The notes under the pieces are model-generated. The model made no database searches, was not told the origin of the DNA, and was given only the letters and a program-made list of their open reading frames with translations. Below, piece after piece: positions 1 to 8,943 of a stretch of DNA of 64,000 nucleotides (its first letter is position 1; each line of letters begins with the position of its first letter). The stretch comes from a bacterium (GTDB lineage Bacteria > Myxococcota_A > UBA9160 > SZUA-336): contig JAAELY010000105.1 of NCBI GenBank assembly GCA_024226335.1, positions 129 through 64,128 of the forward strand, in the 5' to 3' direction. Made by a program: the position numbers and the translations under genes.

Positions 1-1
1 C

Positions 2-211
2 GTCGAGACCCGCATCAAGAAGACGGATCTCTACAAGCGCACCAACAAGCTGCGCAAGGACATCGAAGGTCAGGTCGAGAGCGCCCGCGCGCAGGTCTAC
101 GACGCCTTCGGAATCGCCAGCAAGACCGAGATCGAGAAGCTCCACCGCAAGCTCAACACCATCTCGCGCAAGCTGAACGAGATCAGCCGAGAGCAGGCGC
201 AGGCTTCCTAG
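2..211 (+). CDS. phasin-like / PHA granule-associated protein, C-terminal fragment (5' end lies outside the window)
   Basis: Open frame running from the window edge to TAG at 209-211. The translation is K/R/E-rich and predicted coiled coil (…KLRKDIEGQVESARAQVYDAFGIASKTEIEKLHRKLNTISRKLNEISREQAQAS), which resembles phasin C-termini. Confidence 0.4.
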   Translation, partial: VETRIKKTDLYKRTNKLRKDIEGQVESARAQVYDAFGIASKTEIEKLHRKLNTISRKLNEISREQAQAS

Positions 212-322
212 CGCAGCATTGAAGTCCGTTGGCGCGGGCACGTAAGCGCCCGCGCCAACCGGTATGCTTGTCCGGGTCCTTCACTGGAACCCTGACTCCT
301 GGACCCCTGACTTGGAGGCCGC

Positions 323-1495
323 ATGCCGTTTGAACCCCTGGACTTCTATCTGATTGAGGACGAGCTCGAAGACGAAGAGCGAATCGTCCGCAATACCGTC
401 CGCGACTTCGTCGAGAAGGAATTCCTGCCGGTCGTGGTGCAACACGTCCGTCAAGACGGTTCCTTTCCCATGGAACTCGTCCCGAAGATGGCGGAGCTGG
501 GGCTCTTTGGGGCCAACATCGAGGGTTACGGCTGCGCCGGGATGAACAACGTGGCGTACGGGCTCGTGATGGAAGAGCTCGAACGCGGCGACTCCGGCAT
601 TCGCAGCTTCGCTTCTGTGCAGGGCGGTCTGTGCATGTACCCGATCCACGCGTACGGCACTGAAGAGCAGCGTGAGAAGTGGCTACCGCGCATGGCGAGC
701 GGTGAACTCATCGGTTGCTTCGGCCTGACGGAGCCGGATTACGGTTCGAATCCCGGTGGCATGCTGACCCGCGCAGTGCGCAAGGGAGACACTTGGGTGC
801 TCAATGGCACCAAGCGCTGGATTACCAACGGCTCCATCGCCGATCTGGCGATCGTTTGGGCCAAAACTGACGACGACATCCAGGGCTTCGTCGTGGAGAA
901 GGATCGACCCGGCTTCGAAGCGCGCGACATGAAGGGCAAGTTCTCGTTGCGTGCGTCGGTGACCAGCGAGCTCTACCTGTCGGACGTCGAGATCCCCGAG
1001 GAAAATCGACTGCCTAACGTGAAGGGTCTCAAAGGTCCCCTCGGTTGCCTGAATCAGGCGCGCTACGGAATCTCCTGGGGAGTGATAGGGGCCGCGCAGG
1101 CCTGCTTCGACGAAGCGCGCCGATATTCGCAGGAGCGAGAGGTCTTTGACCGACCGCTCGGCTCGCTGCAGATTCCGCAGCAGAAGCTCACCTACATGGC
1201 TACCGAGATCACCAAGGCGCAACTGCTGTGCTTGCGGTTGGGTCGCCTCAAAGACCAGGGCAAGCTCCACCATTCGATGGTGTCGATGGCCAAGATGAAC
1301 AACGTCGACATCGCTCTGCAGATCGCACGACTGGCGCGCGACATGCTCGGTGCCAATGGCATCGTCGATGACTACTGCTCCATGCGACACATGATGAACC
1401 TGGAGACCGTGCGCACCTACGAGGGCACGCACGACATTCACACTCTGATCATCGGTCGCGAACTCACGGGTCTGGACGCGTTCGGGGCGAACTGA
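323..1495 (+). CDS. gcdH: glutaryl-CoA dehydrogenase
   Basis: The 390-aa product carries an acyl-CoA dehydrogenase fold. It shares strong motif identity with GCDH (YGCAGMNNVAYGL…ELERGDSGIRS…HAYGTEEQREKWLP…GCFGLTEPDYGSNPGGMLTRA) and has a typical GCDH length. Confidence 0.9.
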   Translation: MPFEPLDFYLIEDELEDEERIVRNTVRDFVEKEFLPVVVQHVRQDGSFPMELVPKMAELGLFGANIEGYGCAGMNNVAYGLVMEELERGDSGIRSFASVQGGLCMYPIHAYGTEEQREKWLPRMASGELIGCFGLTEPDYGSNPGGMLTRAVRKGDTWVLNGTKRWITNGSIADLAIVWAKTDDDIQGFVVEKDRPGFEARDMKGKFSLRASVTSELYLSDVEIPEENRLPNVKGLKGPLGCLNQARYGISWGVIGAAQACFDEARRYSQEREVFDRPLGSLQIPQQKLTYMATEITKAQLLCLRLGRLKDQGKLHHSMVSMAKMNNVDIALQIARLARDMLGANGIVDDYCSMRHMMNLETVRTYEGTHDIHTLIIGRELTGLDAFGAN

Positions 1496-3135
1496 TGGCC
1501 GCAGCGCGGAGCGCGAGGTTCGCCTCCGTCGCGATCTCCGTACTGGCACTCGTTCTGACCGTCTGGGCCTACGAACCCGCTACACGTGCGCCTTTCTATC
1601 TGGACGATGCGCATGTGATCGTGGTGCCCGATGCCATGCACATGAGCGAGTTTTCCGCAGACTCCGTCAGTCGGGTGCTGAGCGAAGTGCGCCCCGTCAC
1701 TCGTCCCGTGGCGAACCTCAGCCTGGCTCTGAATCATCTGTACGGCGGACTCGATCCGCGTGGCTATCACCTGGTGAACATCGGGATCCACCTGCTCAAC
1801 GGGTTTGCGCTCGCGTGGTTGATCGCGCTTCTACTGGCTCAGACTCGCGAGTCACGACGCGTTCGCACTCCCGATGTTCTACTGGCAAGTATCTGTGCGA
1901 GTGCGTTTCTCCTGCATCCACTGGCCACACAGGCCGTGACGTACACCGTGCAACGCATGACCTCGCTCGCGACCCTGTTTACTCTGCTTTCTCTTTCGAG
2001 CTACGTTTTCGCGCGCGCTCCCGATCGCAGCGCTCGTGCCGTCTGGTTCATCGTCAGCGGGCTATTTGCGCTTCTGGGTGCCGGTAGCAAGGAGATTGCG
2101 TTCGTCCTGCCCTGGCTGATCGTGCTCTACGAGTTGTGTCGAGCACGTGGATTGCCGGCTTCGTTTCCGCCGATTCTGCTGATCGGGCTCGCTCTTGCGC
2201 TGGGCGCATTCGGCGTCGCCATCGAGATCTGGTTCGAACCGGTGCGCGGGCTGTTCCGATTGCACACGACACCCGAACTGGGCTTCGGCCCCGCCGAGCG
2301 AGTCCTCACGCAGGCGCGTGTCGTGTTCTTCTACCTGTCGCTATTCCTGTGGCCGGCGCCCTCCCGGCTGAATCTGGAACACGAGTTCAGCCTGTCGACG
2401 GGGTTGTTGGATCCGCCTTCTACGCTTCTGGCAATTTTCGGCTGGCTGATGTTCGCGGTCGCGGGCCTCTGGATCGTGCGCAGACACGCGATGCTCGGAT
2501 TTTCCTGGTTCGCCTTTCTGTCGCTCAATGCAATCGAATCTGGACCGGTTCCACTCGAACAGGTCAACGAACATCGCTTCTATCTGCCGATGGTCGCGAT
2601 CTTTGCCGCGATCGCTCTAGCTCTGGCGAAGCTCCCAAGCGCACTGCAGACGGCGGGCTCCGCGTTATTGCTCGCACTCTGTGTTCCATTGTCTCTTGCG
2701 GCTCATGCGCGCAACCAGACCTGGAGTGATCCTCTGATCTTTCATCGCGACGCAGTCGCCAAGTCGCCGAATCACTTTCGCGCCCGCTATGAGCTGGGGC
2801 GCAGCCTATGGGAAGCCGACCGGGATCTCGAAGCCGCCGAGGCCTGGGAGCAGGCGCTCGAGCTCCAGGAGAATTCTCTGGTACACGTGCTGACGGCCAC
2901 GGCTTTGCTGGAGGCGAAACTGCCGACGCGCGCGCTCACCCACTACAGGCGGGCCGTCGAGATCGATCCAGATTATCCGGAGGCTCTGTACGGCCTGGCC
3001 TGGTTGATCGATCTCGGTGGCGGGTTGGACGCGGCTGCGCCTTACTACGAGCGCTATCTGAGCTTGATTCCCTCCACCGATCAGAGCCATCAGATTTCGC
3101 ATGCGCGCGAGAGGCTCGCCGCGCGGGAAGACTAG
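1495..3135 (+). CDS. TMTC/PMT-like (GT-C fold, DUF1736-type) polytopic membrane protein with C-terminal TPR repeats
   Basis: About 10 predicted TM helices. Loop 1 has the YLDDAHVIV 'DD' motif typical of GT39/TMTC. The HLVNIGIHLLNGFALAWL and HPLATQAVTYTVQRMTSLATLF blocks are conserved in TMTC-like proteins. The C-terminal ~150 aa carry TPR-like repeats (YELGRSLWEADRDLEAAEAWEQAL…YRRAVEIDPDYPEALYGLAW). The ATG shares one nucleotide with the gcdH TGA stop (TGATG). Confidence 0.7.
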   Translation: MAAARSARFASVAISVLALVLTVWAYEPATRAPFYLDDAHVIVVPDAMHMSEFSADSVSRVLSEVRPVTRPVANLSLALNHLYGGLDPRGYHLVNIGIHLLNGFALAWLIALLLAQTRESRRVRTPDVLLASICASAFLLHPLATQAVTYTVQRMTSLATLFTLLSLSSYVFARAPDRSARAVWFIVSGLFALLGAGSKEIAFVLPWLIVLYELCRARGLPASFPPILLIGLALALGAFGVAIEIWFEPVRGLFRLHTTPELGFGPAERVLTQARVVFFYLSLFLWPAPSRLNLEHEFSLSTGLLDPPSTLLAIFGWLMFAVAGLWIVRRHAMLGFSWFAFLSLNAIESGPVPLEQVNEHRFYLPMVAIFAAIALALAKLPSALQTAGSALLLALCVPLSLAAHARNQTWSDPLIFHRDAVAKSPNHFRARYELGRSLWEADRDLEAAEAWEQALELQENSLVHVLTATALLEAKLPTRALTHYRRAVEIDPDYPEALYGLAWLIDLGGGLDAAAPYYERYLSLIPSTDQSHQISHARERLAARED

Positions 3136-3293
3136 TTGACCGCGCTCCCGTTACGCGATGCTTGCGGCCCAACTGCCGGTTGAAGTGTAGACGGCTTCGC
3201 CAAATAGGAGCATGGAATCGGCCAGTTGCATCGCCTGGCGCCGAAGACGCGTCAGGAACGCCCTTCGGGCACTGATAACCCTACGCGAACGTT

Positions 3294-4892
3294 GTGGAAT
3301 CTGTCAGGATACGGGTGATGGCATTGTCCCCGACACAGCTCAACGAGAATAGTCGCGGCCTGGATTCCGTTTCGAACCCGATCCCCAGGCGAACGCTCTT
3401 GATCAGCCCGCCCCGCTTCAACGAACTGATCGGCAAGAATCCGGCGATCGTCGAGAAGCACCGCGGGTACAACCCGCCGCTGGGCGTCTTGATGCTGGCG
3501 GGATACCTCGAAAAGCATTCCGTGCACCCGGTCGAGATCATCGACGCGCAGCCGTACGAGTACACGTACGAGCAATTGCGCGAGATTCTGCGGACAAAGC
3601 GCTTCGACGTCGTAGGCATCACCGCCATGACCTTCACGCTGGTCGATGTGATCCTCACCTGCAAGTTGGTGCGTCAGGTGAATCCGGAGGCGAAGATCGT
3701 CCTGGGTGGACCGCATGTTCACCTGTATCCGAACGAGACGATTCGCCGTCCCGAGGTCGACTTCCTGGTTCAGGGTGAAGGCGAGATCGCTTTCAAAGAC
3801 CTCCTCGACAAACTCGACCGGCCGGATCTCTGGCCCTCCGTCAAAGGGCTGGTGTATACCGACACTGCTGGGCAGATCGTTAACAATGGCATCGCGCCTT
3901 CGACGAATGAACTCGACACACTCGGCATGCCCGCGCGTCACCTGATCGACTATACGAAGTACACATCATTATTGGGACGTTCCGATGTGGTTACCACCAT
4001 GTTTACCAGTCGCGGCTGCCCATTCCGCTGCACGTTCTGCGATCGTCCCTTCTCGCCCGTTCTTTCTGGATTTCGCTGGCGTTCGGCGAAGCACGTCGCC
4101 GACGAAATGGAGATGTGCGCCGAGATGGGTATCCGTGAGGCATTCATCTACGACGATACCTTCACCGTTCGCAAGGACCGAGTGTTCGAGTTATGCGACG
4201 AGATCGCCAAGCGCAAACTCGACTTCAGATGGGACGTACGCGCGCACGTCAATACGATTTCCCCGGAGTTACTCAAGGCCATGGCGAATGCCGGTTGCGA
4301 TCGGATTCACTTCGGTGTGGAGTCGGGCAATGATCGCATGCTGAAAGTGATCAGAAAGAACAGCAACGTCGAGCGGCTGAAGAACGTCTTCAAGTGGACG
4401 CAGGATGCCGGAATCGAGACTCTGGCGTACTTCATCATTGGTCAGCAGACCGAGACCGCTTCCGACATCCAGGACTCGATGGCTCTCGCGAAGCAGCTGC
4501 ATACCAACTACGCGCACTTCACGATCTTCTGTCCCTACCCGGGGACCGAGATCTATCGGAGGGGACTGGAGAGCGGCATCATCAAGGAAGACGTCTGGGG
4601 TGCGTTTGCCGAAGATCCACAATCCGGTTTCGAGTTGCCCGTGTGGGAAGAGAACTTCACGCGCGCGGAGCTTCGGGAGATGCTCGTCAAGTGTTACAAG
4701 AGTTTCTACCTGCGCCCGTCTTTCGTACTGAAAGGACTCACGCGCATTCGTGGGTTGGGTGAATTGCGCCGCAAACTCCGCGCCGGAATGTCTGTGGTAG
4801 CGATGAATCCCGACGACAAGGTCTTCGATGAGAAGATCGCCGAACAGGTCAAAGACGTCGTTCCCGATGCACCAATCGATGTCCACCGCTGA
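3294..4892 (+). CDS. B12-binding radical SAM protein (class B radical SAM)
   Basis: The N-terminal half is a cobalamin-binding Rossmann-like region (PLGVLMLAGYLE…DVVGITAMT…IVLGGPHV). It is followed by the radical-SAM CxxxCxxC motif (SRGCPFRCTFCD) and TIM-barrel core blocks (GIREAFIYDDTF, HFGVESGNDRML). The start is GTG at 3294; an alternative ATG lies at 3318. Confidence 0.85.
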   Translation: MESVRIRVMALSPTQLNENSRGLDSVSNPIPRRTLLISPPRFNELIGKNPAIVEKHRGYNPPLGVLMLAGYLEKHSVHPVEIIDAQPYEYTYEQLREILRTKRFDVVGITAMTFTLVDVILTCKLVRQVNPEAKIVLGGPHVHLYPNETIRRPEVDFLVQGEGEIAFKDLLDKLDRPDLWPSVKGLVYTDTAGQIVNNGIAPSTNELDTLGMPARHLIDYTKYTSLLGRSDVVTTMFTSRGCPFRCTFCDRPFSPVLSGFRWRSAKHVADEMEMCAEMGIREAFIYDDTFTVRKDRVFELCDEIAKRKLDFRWDVRAHVNTISPELLKAMANAGCDRIHFGVESGNDRMLKVIRKNSNVERLKNVFKWTQDAGIETLAYFIIGQQTETASDIQDSMALAKQLHTNYAHFTIFCPYPGTEIYRRGLESGIIKEDVWGAFAEDPQSGFELPVWEENFTRAELREMLVKCYKSFYLRPSFVLKGLTRIRGLGELRRKLRAGMSVVAMNPDDKVFDEKIAEQVKDVVPDAPIDVHR

Positions 4893-4931
4893 ACGCGGTT
4901 TGAGAACTCAGCTGATCGGAAGGCTGAACTG

Positions 4932-5678
4932 ATGTCCGGCGGGGTCCTGGACGCCAGCTACGCCGCCGACCGAGTTCGAAAGCCCCACATTGAATTCCGG
5001 TACCGTGTGCGCGCGCGTGTTGCTGCGCGGGCCATCGAGCGCTTCCTGCCCGCTGCACGGCGCGATGGACACGTGCTCGAACTCGGATGCGCGGAGGGGC
5101 GCACACTGACGGAGCTTCATTCCCAACTCATCGAATCCCATCTCGTAGGTGTCGAGTATTCTGAAGACCTGTTGGCTGTCGCATCGACCGAACTGCCGGA
5201 ATCAATTGAGCTCCTGCAGGGAGATGCGATGCGACTTCCCGAGACGCTCGAAGCCGGGGGCTTCGATGCGGTGATCGCCCTGGCGGTGCTGGAACACCTG
5301 CCCCGGCCGCTGGATGCCGTGCGCGAGGCTGCGCGAATGCTCCGCCCCGGAGGTCTCTTCGTGGCGACCTGTCCCAATCCTCAATGGGATCGGATCGCTG
5401 AGCGTATTGGGTTACTGAGCGACGATTCGCACGAGTCCGACATCGATCGCAGCGTCTTACTCGAACTCGTGCGCGGCGCAGGCCTGGAGTTCGTGAGGTT
5501 CGAACGTTTCATGTGCGCGCCCGTCGGCTTCCTGCCCTATCTCAAGATCCCCATCCCAGCTGAAGCCGCACTGCGTATTGATGACGTTCTGCGCAAACTG
5601 CGGGTATTCGACTGGCTGTTCGTGAATCAGGCATTGGTCGCACGAAAGCCGCAAGGACGGCCTCGAGAATCCGGATGA
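4932..5678 (+). CDS. class I SAM-dependent methyltransferase
   Basis: SAM-binding motif I (VLELGCAEGRTL), an acidic motif (DAVIALAVLEHLP) and motif III (LRPGGLFV). The gene begins 40 nt after the radical-SAM gene on the same strand. Confidence 0.8.
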   Translation: MSGGVLDASYAADRVRKPHIEFRYRVRARVAARAIERFLPAARRDGHVLELGCAEGRTLTELHSQLIESHLVGVEYSEDLLAVASTELPESIELLQGDAMRLPETLEAGGFDAVIALAVLEHLPRPLDAVREAARMLRPGGLFVATCPNPQWDRIAERIGLLSDDSHESDIDRSVLLELVRGAGLEFVRFERFMCAPVGFLPYLKIPIPAEAALRIDDVLRKLRVFDWLFVNQALVARKPQGRPRESG

Positions 5679-5904
5679 CGGCAATGGGTGGGAGACAGCC
5701 CTAAAGACCATCGAGCTTCTTCTCCAACTGGCCCACGTGGAAGCACCACTCTTCAATACCGCATCCATACACACAGAGAAGGCTGCACTCTACTCGTTGA
5801 GCGGAGAGGTCTGAGATGCTGAATCTCGAAGCCGATGTCTACGTGTCGCATCCCGGCGGCCAGGTCCAGCAGATCTCGCCTGGGAATGGTCTCTTCTATC
5901 AGTC

Positions 5905-6546
5905 GTGTATCCACCCGATGGATCGCGCGTCGTCTATGGAGGCGCGGCGTCTGGCCTTCCTCGAATCTGGTGTGCCAATACGTCTGGATCGACAGAAGGA
6001 TTTCCCATGACGTCATCCGATTCGGGTGCGCGCCACCCGGTGTTTTCCTGGGACGGTTCGCGAGTTGCTTTTTCGTCTGACCGGAAATCGCCTGGCGCAA
6101 AACAGAGCGTCGAAGACATCACCCCGTTGGGACTGCCAGTGGACGGAGATCTGTTCGTGATCGATGCCTCGGGTGGGCAGAGTGTTCAATTCACCGAAGG
6201 TCCGTACCTGGATCAGAGGCCTTGCTTCAGCCCGGATGGTTCGACGATCGTGTTTGTATCCAATCGCGAAGATCGTCTTGGCCTGTGGTCAGTCCCGAGC
6301 GATGGCACTGCGGATCCGCAACCGTTGCCGAATACAGGCTTTGTCTATCGGCCCTGGTTTTCGACAGATGGCCGCACGCTCTTCCTTTTCCGCGATGTCG
6401 ATGGGCGTCACCAGATCTGTCGGATCGGTGTGTCCGATACCGAGTTCGAACCGTTGCGCAACGATGACCGCGGGCGAAGTCACGGCCCCTTCGTCGATCC
6501 CAACGGAAAGGTGCTCTTGTTCCACTCGACACGCACCCAGTCGTGA
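5905..6546 (+). CDS. TolB-like beta-propeller (PD40 / WD40-like beta-propeller repeat) protein
   Basis: Repeated PD40 signatures (FSWDGSRVAFSSDR, FSPDGSTIVFVSNREDRLGLWSV, WFSTDGRTLFLF). The annotated start is GTG. An upstream frame-2 ORF (5816-) also reads like a PD40 repeat, so the gene may start earlier, or carry a frameshift or sequencing error. Confidence 0.6.
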   Translation: MYPPDGSRVVYGGAASGLPRIWCANTSGSTEGFPMTSSDSGARHPVFSWDGSRVAFSSDRKSPGAKQSVEDITPLGLPVDGDLFVIDASGGQSVQFTEGPYLDQRPCFSPDGSTIVFVSNREDRLGLWSVPSDGTADPQPLPNTGFVYRPWFSTDGRTLFLFRDVDGRHQICRIGVSDTEFEPLRNDDRGRSHGPFVDPNGKVLLFHSTRTQS

Positions 6547-6719
6547 AGCGGAAGCAGGTGGAATCGAGCAAGAGGACCGCATCCGTATCTCGATGCGGGC
6601 GGTCACTCCAAGGCAGTATGCTGTCGACCGACTCTGAGCCAACCGGTACGAGAAGCATCCGGGCTCACCTACGCGTATATCGCCGCCCCCGACGGTGTCA
6701 TTGTCGAATTGACTCAGTA

Positions 6720-7385
6720 CTAGTCGCGCTCGACGCTGTAGAAGGGAAAGATCAGAGAATCGTTCTTCTGTTCCTCGAAGCGCACGTCCGTTCTGCTGTG
6801 CAGGTGCTTGCGAACGGCTTCGGTCACCAGCGTCTCTCCACCGCGCGCGGTGTCCTCGCCGAGTTTGCTCGCGCGATTCATCTCGTCACCCATCGCTCGG
6901 TTCGGGCCAATCTCGTACACATTTCCGAAACCGATGCCGATGCAGCACCTCGCGTGATCGGGAGTATCGATTTCCAGTTCTCTTCGGACCTGCGAGCGTA
7001 CGTGAATCTCGAGCGCCGCGTCGAGCGCTGTGCCGGGTTCCGAAAACAGCGCGACGATATCGTCCGCAAAGGTTCGGATGTACGAGGCCTGCAGCTCGCG
7101 CAGGACCGGGATGCACGTCTTGTGGGCGTCGAGAATCTGCAGGAAACTCGCAATAGGGCCCCCCTTGATCGTCGTTTCGGTGAAGCCGGTCAGATCGAGT
7201 ACCAGGATTGCCCGTTCGAAAAGATAGCGGGCATCAAACTCCTGCGGAGTCATCTCGCCCTGTTCGATCGCGAGCAGGTCGCGGTAGACCTCTCCCCGCC
7301 AACCGTGGTGCCTGGCCAGCTCGATCGGATCTTCGAGCAGAGGAAACGGTGGGCTGTGTTTCGAGCGCATCTGATGCCTGGCCAA
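6720..7385 (-). CDS. class III adenylate/guanylate cyclase catalytic-domain protein (cyclase domain only)
   Basis: CHD motifs: LVLDLTGFTE (metal-binding Asp), TFADDIVALF and CIGIGFGNVYEIGPNRAMGDEMNRASKL. No TM or sensor domain is present in this ORF. Confidence 0.8.
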   Translation of the reverse strand: MARHQMRSKHSPPFPLLEDPIELARHHGWRGEVYRDLLAIEQGEMTPQEFDARYLFERAILVLDLTGFTETTIKGGPIASFLQILDAHKTCIPVLRELQASYIRTFADDIVALFSEPGTALDAALEIHVRSQVRRELEIDTPDHARCCIGIGFGNVYEIGPNRAMGDEMNRASKLGEDTARGGETLVTEAVRKHLHSRTDVRFEEQKNDSLIFPFYSVERD

Positions 7386-7397
7386 AAGCGACCCTCT

Positions 7398-7931
7398 CTA
7401 GTCTGAATCGGCCGGAGCCATCACGAGCCGCAGAAATACCGTCAGCAACGTTCCCCCGAGACCCAGAAGGCAAAGGCTCGCTCCGGGGATCGCGATGAAT
7501 TCCAGGGCCTCCTTTGCGGCGTGAGTACTGCCGAGGGATGGAGCGCTGAGTCCGGCCACGAGCCAGAAGATGGAGTACAGAAGAGCACCTCCACCAAAAG
7601 ACGCCGCAGTGATTCGCTCGATCAGGCCCGGGTCTCCGATGAGGCCGAGGAGGAGGATTGATGCCAGAGCTACCGCACCGATGGCACCCCCGTGAAGATG
7701 CGCTCTTTTCAAGTAGCGCCATGACTTGCTGACGACCGCATCCCGCTTTTCCGCATCGCTGTTGTAGACCGTTTCGAAAACGGCATCCGCCGATGAGCGC
7801 AGGTGATCTTTGATGGAGCTCTCAATCGCGCCAAAGGAACTCCCGAGAAGAAAGCCGAACGAAATCGCCAGCAGCGCAAGAATGAGACCAGGAGCTAGTG
7901 GCTTCAAACTGGATACGGATTGGTTCGACAT
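7398..7931 (-). CDS. hypothetical integral membrane protein (about 4 TM), immediately upstream of the cyclase
   Basis: The 177-aa ORF has four hydrophobic helices (LILALLAISFGFLLG; AIGAVALASILLLGLIG; ALLYSIFWLVAGL; FIAIPGASLCLLGLGGTLLTVFL). Its stop lies 12 nt before the cyclase start on the same strand. Confidence 0.5.
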   Translation of the reverse strand: MSNQSVSSLKPLAPGLILALLAISFGFLLGSSFGAIESSIKDHLRSSADAVFETVYNSDAEKRDAVVSKSWRYLKRAHLHGGAIGAVALASILLLGLIGDPGLIERITAASFGGGALLYSIFWLVAGLSAPSLGSTHAAKEALEFIAIPGASLCLLGLGGTLLTVFLRLVMAPADSD

Positions 7932-8114
7932 CTTTTCTCCTACTGGAAATCATTTTCTTTCACGGACTGGTGGCGTCTCTTCGTCCGGGCTCGCCGTTTC
8001 AGGCCGGGTGCTATTCTAGCCCAGTCTCTGGATCGTTCGCCCGGTGGACGCAACGCACAATCGGCCCATTCTCCAACTGGATGACGAGCATCTCAAACTG
8101 CCCGAGGGTGTTTC

Positions 8115-8903
8115 GTGCTCACTCTATACGACAATCCGTTCAGCCCCTTTGCCCGAAAAGTCCGCATGGTGCTTCGGTTCAAGGGACTGGAGTATCGATC
8201 GATCGACGCCCTGGCTCTGAGCGAGCACGAACGTCTCGCGAGCATCAACCCGCGAGCGGAGGTGCCCGTTCTGGTCGATGGACCGGTCGCGGTGGCCGAT
8301 TCGGCCGATATCGTCGCCTACCTCGAGGATCGATTCCCCGAACCGACGGTTCTTCCCATCACCCCGGAACTCCGCGCCAAGGCGCGTCGCTGCCAGCGCC
8401 TCGCCGATACAGTGCTCGATGCAATCGTTCACGATATTTCCATCTGGGTATGGCCGACTCACCATCGCTCGGATCCGCCCCCCGAGGGTCTGCTCGAGGA
8501 GGGCCGCCGGGAGTTGCGAGAGATCATCAACGATCTGGAGGGCACGATCGGAGAATCTGGTTTCTTCTGCGATCGGCTTTCGATCGGCGATTTCTCCCTG
8601 TTCCCGCACCTCTCGTCCCTGAAACCACTTGGCGTGCACTTCGATGAGATTGCGCATCCGAAACTCATGAAGTGGAATCGACACATGCGGGCACAGTCCT
8701 GCGTGAGGGAGGACCTCGAGTACGTGAAGCGAACGGCCATAGAGAAGTTTGGCTCGGGTTCGTCTCCTTACGAAGCAGAGAAGATCGTCTGGCGAGGGGA
8801 TCGAATCGAGTGGCTCATGGCCCACGGTTTCCAGGACTGGTTCTACTCGGAACTCACGAACGGTCGCGCCGAAATACCCCGTTCCCTCTCGCGGCGGCCC
8901 TGA
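8115..8903 (+). CDS. glutathione S-transferase family protein
   Basis: N-terminal thioredoxin-like GST fold (LYDNPFSPFARKVRMVLRFKGLEY…INPRAEVPVLVDGPVAVADSADIVAYLEDRFPEP) plus a C-terminal alpha-helical domain. GTG start. Confidence 0.8.
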   Translation: MLTLYDNPFSPFARKVRMVLRFKGLEYRSIDALALSEHERLASINPRAEVPVLVDGPVAVADSADIVAYLEDRFPEPTVLPITPELRAKARRCQRLADTVLDAIVHDISIWVWPTHHRSDPPPEGLLEEGRRELREIINDLEGTIGESGFFCDRLSIGDFSLFPHLSSLKPLGVHFDEIAHPKLMKWNRHMRAQSCVREDLEYVKRTAIEKFGSGSSPYEAEKIVWRGDRIEWLMAHGFQDWFYSELTNGRAEIPRSLSRRP

Positions 8904-8943
8904 TGCCACTATTCTTCACGACCTCGAGCGAGGTGCACGAGCC

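Noticed and set aside
6543-7406. 287-aa plus-strand ORF opposite the adenylyl-cyclase gene
   Set aside because: The minus-strand translation contains the complete class III cyclase motif set. The plus-strand product is Arg-rich with no motif.
8124-8909. 261-aa minus-strand ORF opposite the first GST gene
   Set aside because: The plus strand encodes a canonical GST N-terminal thioredoxin fold. The antisense ORF has no recognisable features.
8749-8943. 5' extension of the second methyltransferase ORF, overlapping the GST gene by ~150 nt
   Set aside because: The extension is Ser/Arg-rich and sits in the GST's frame-shifted tail. A GTG at 8944 preceded by GAGGTG gives a normal methyltransferase N-terminus.
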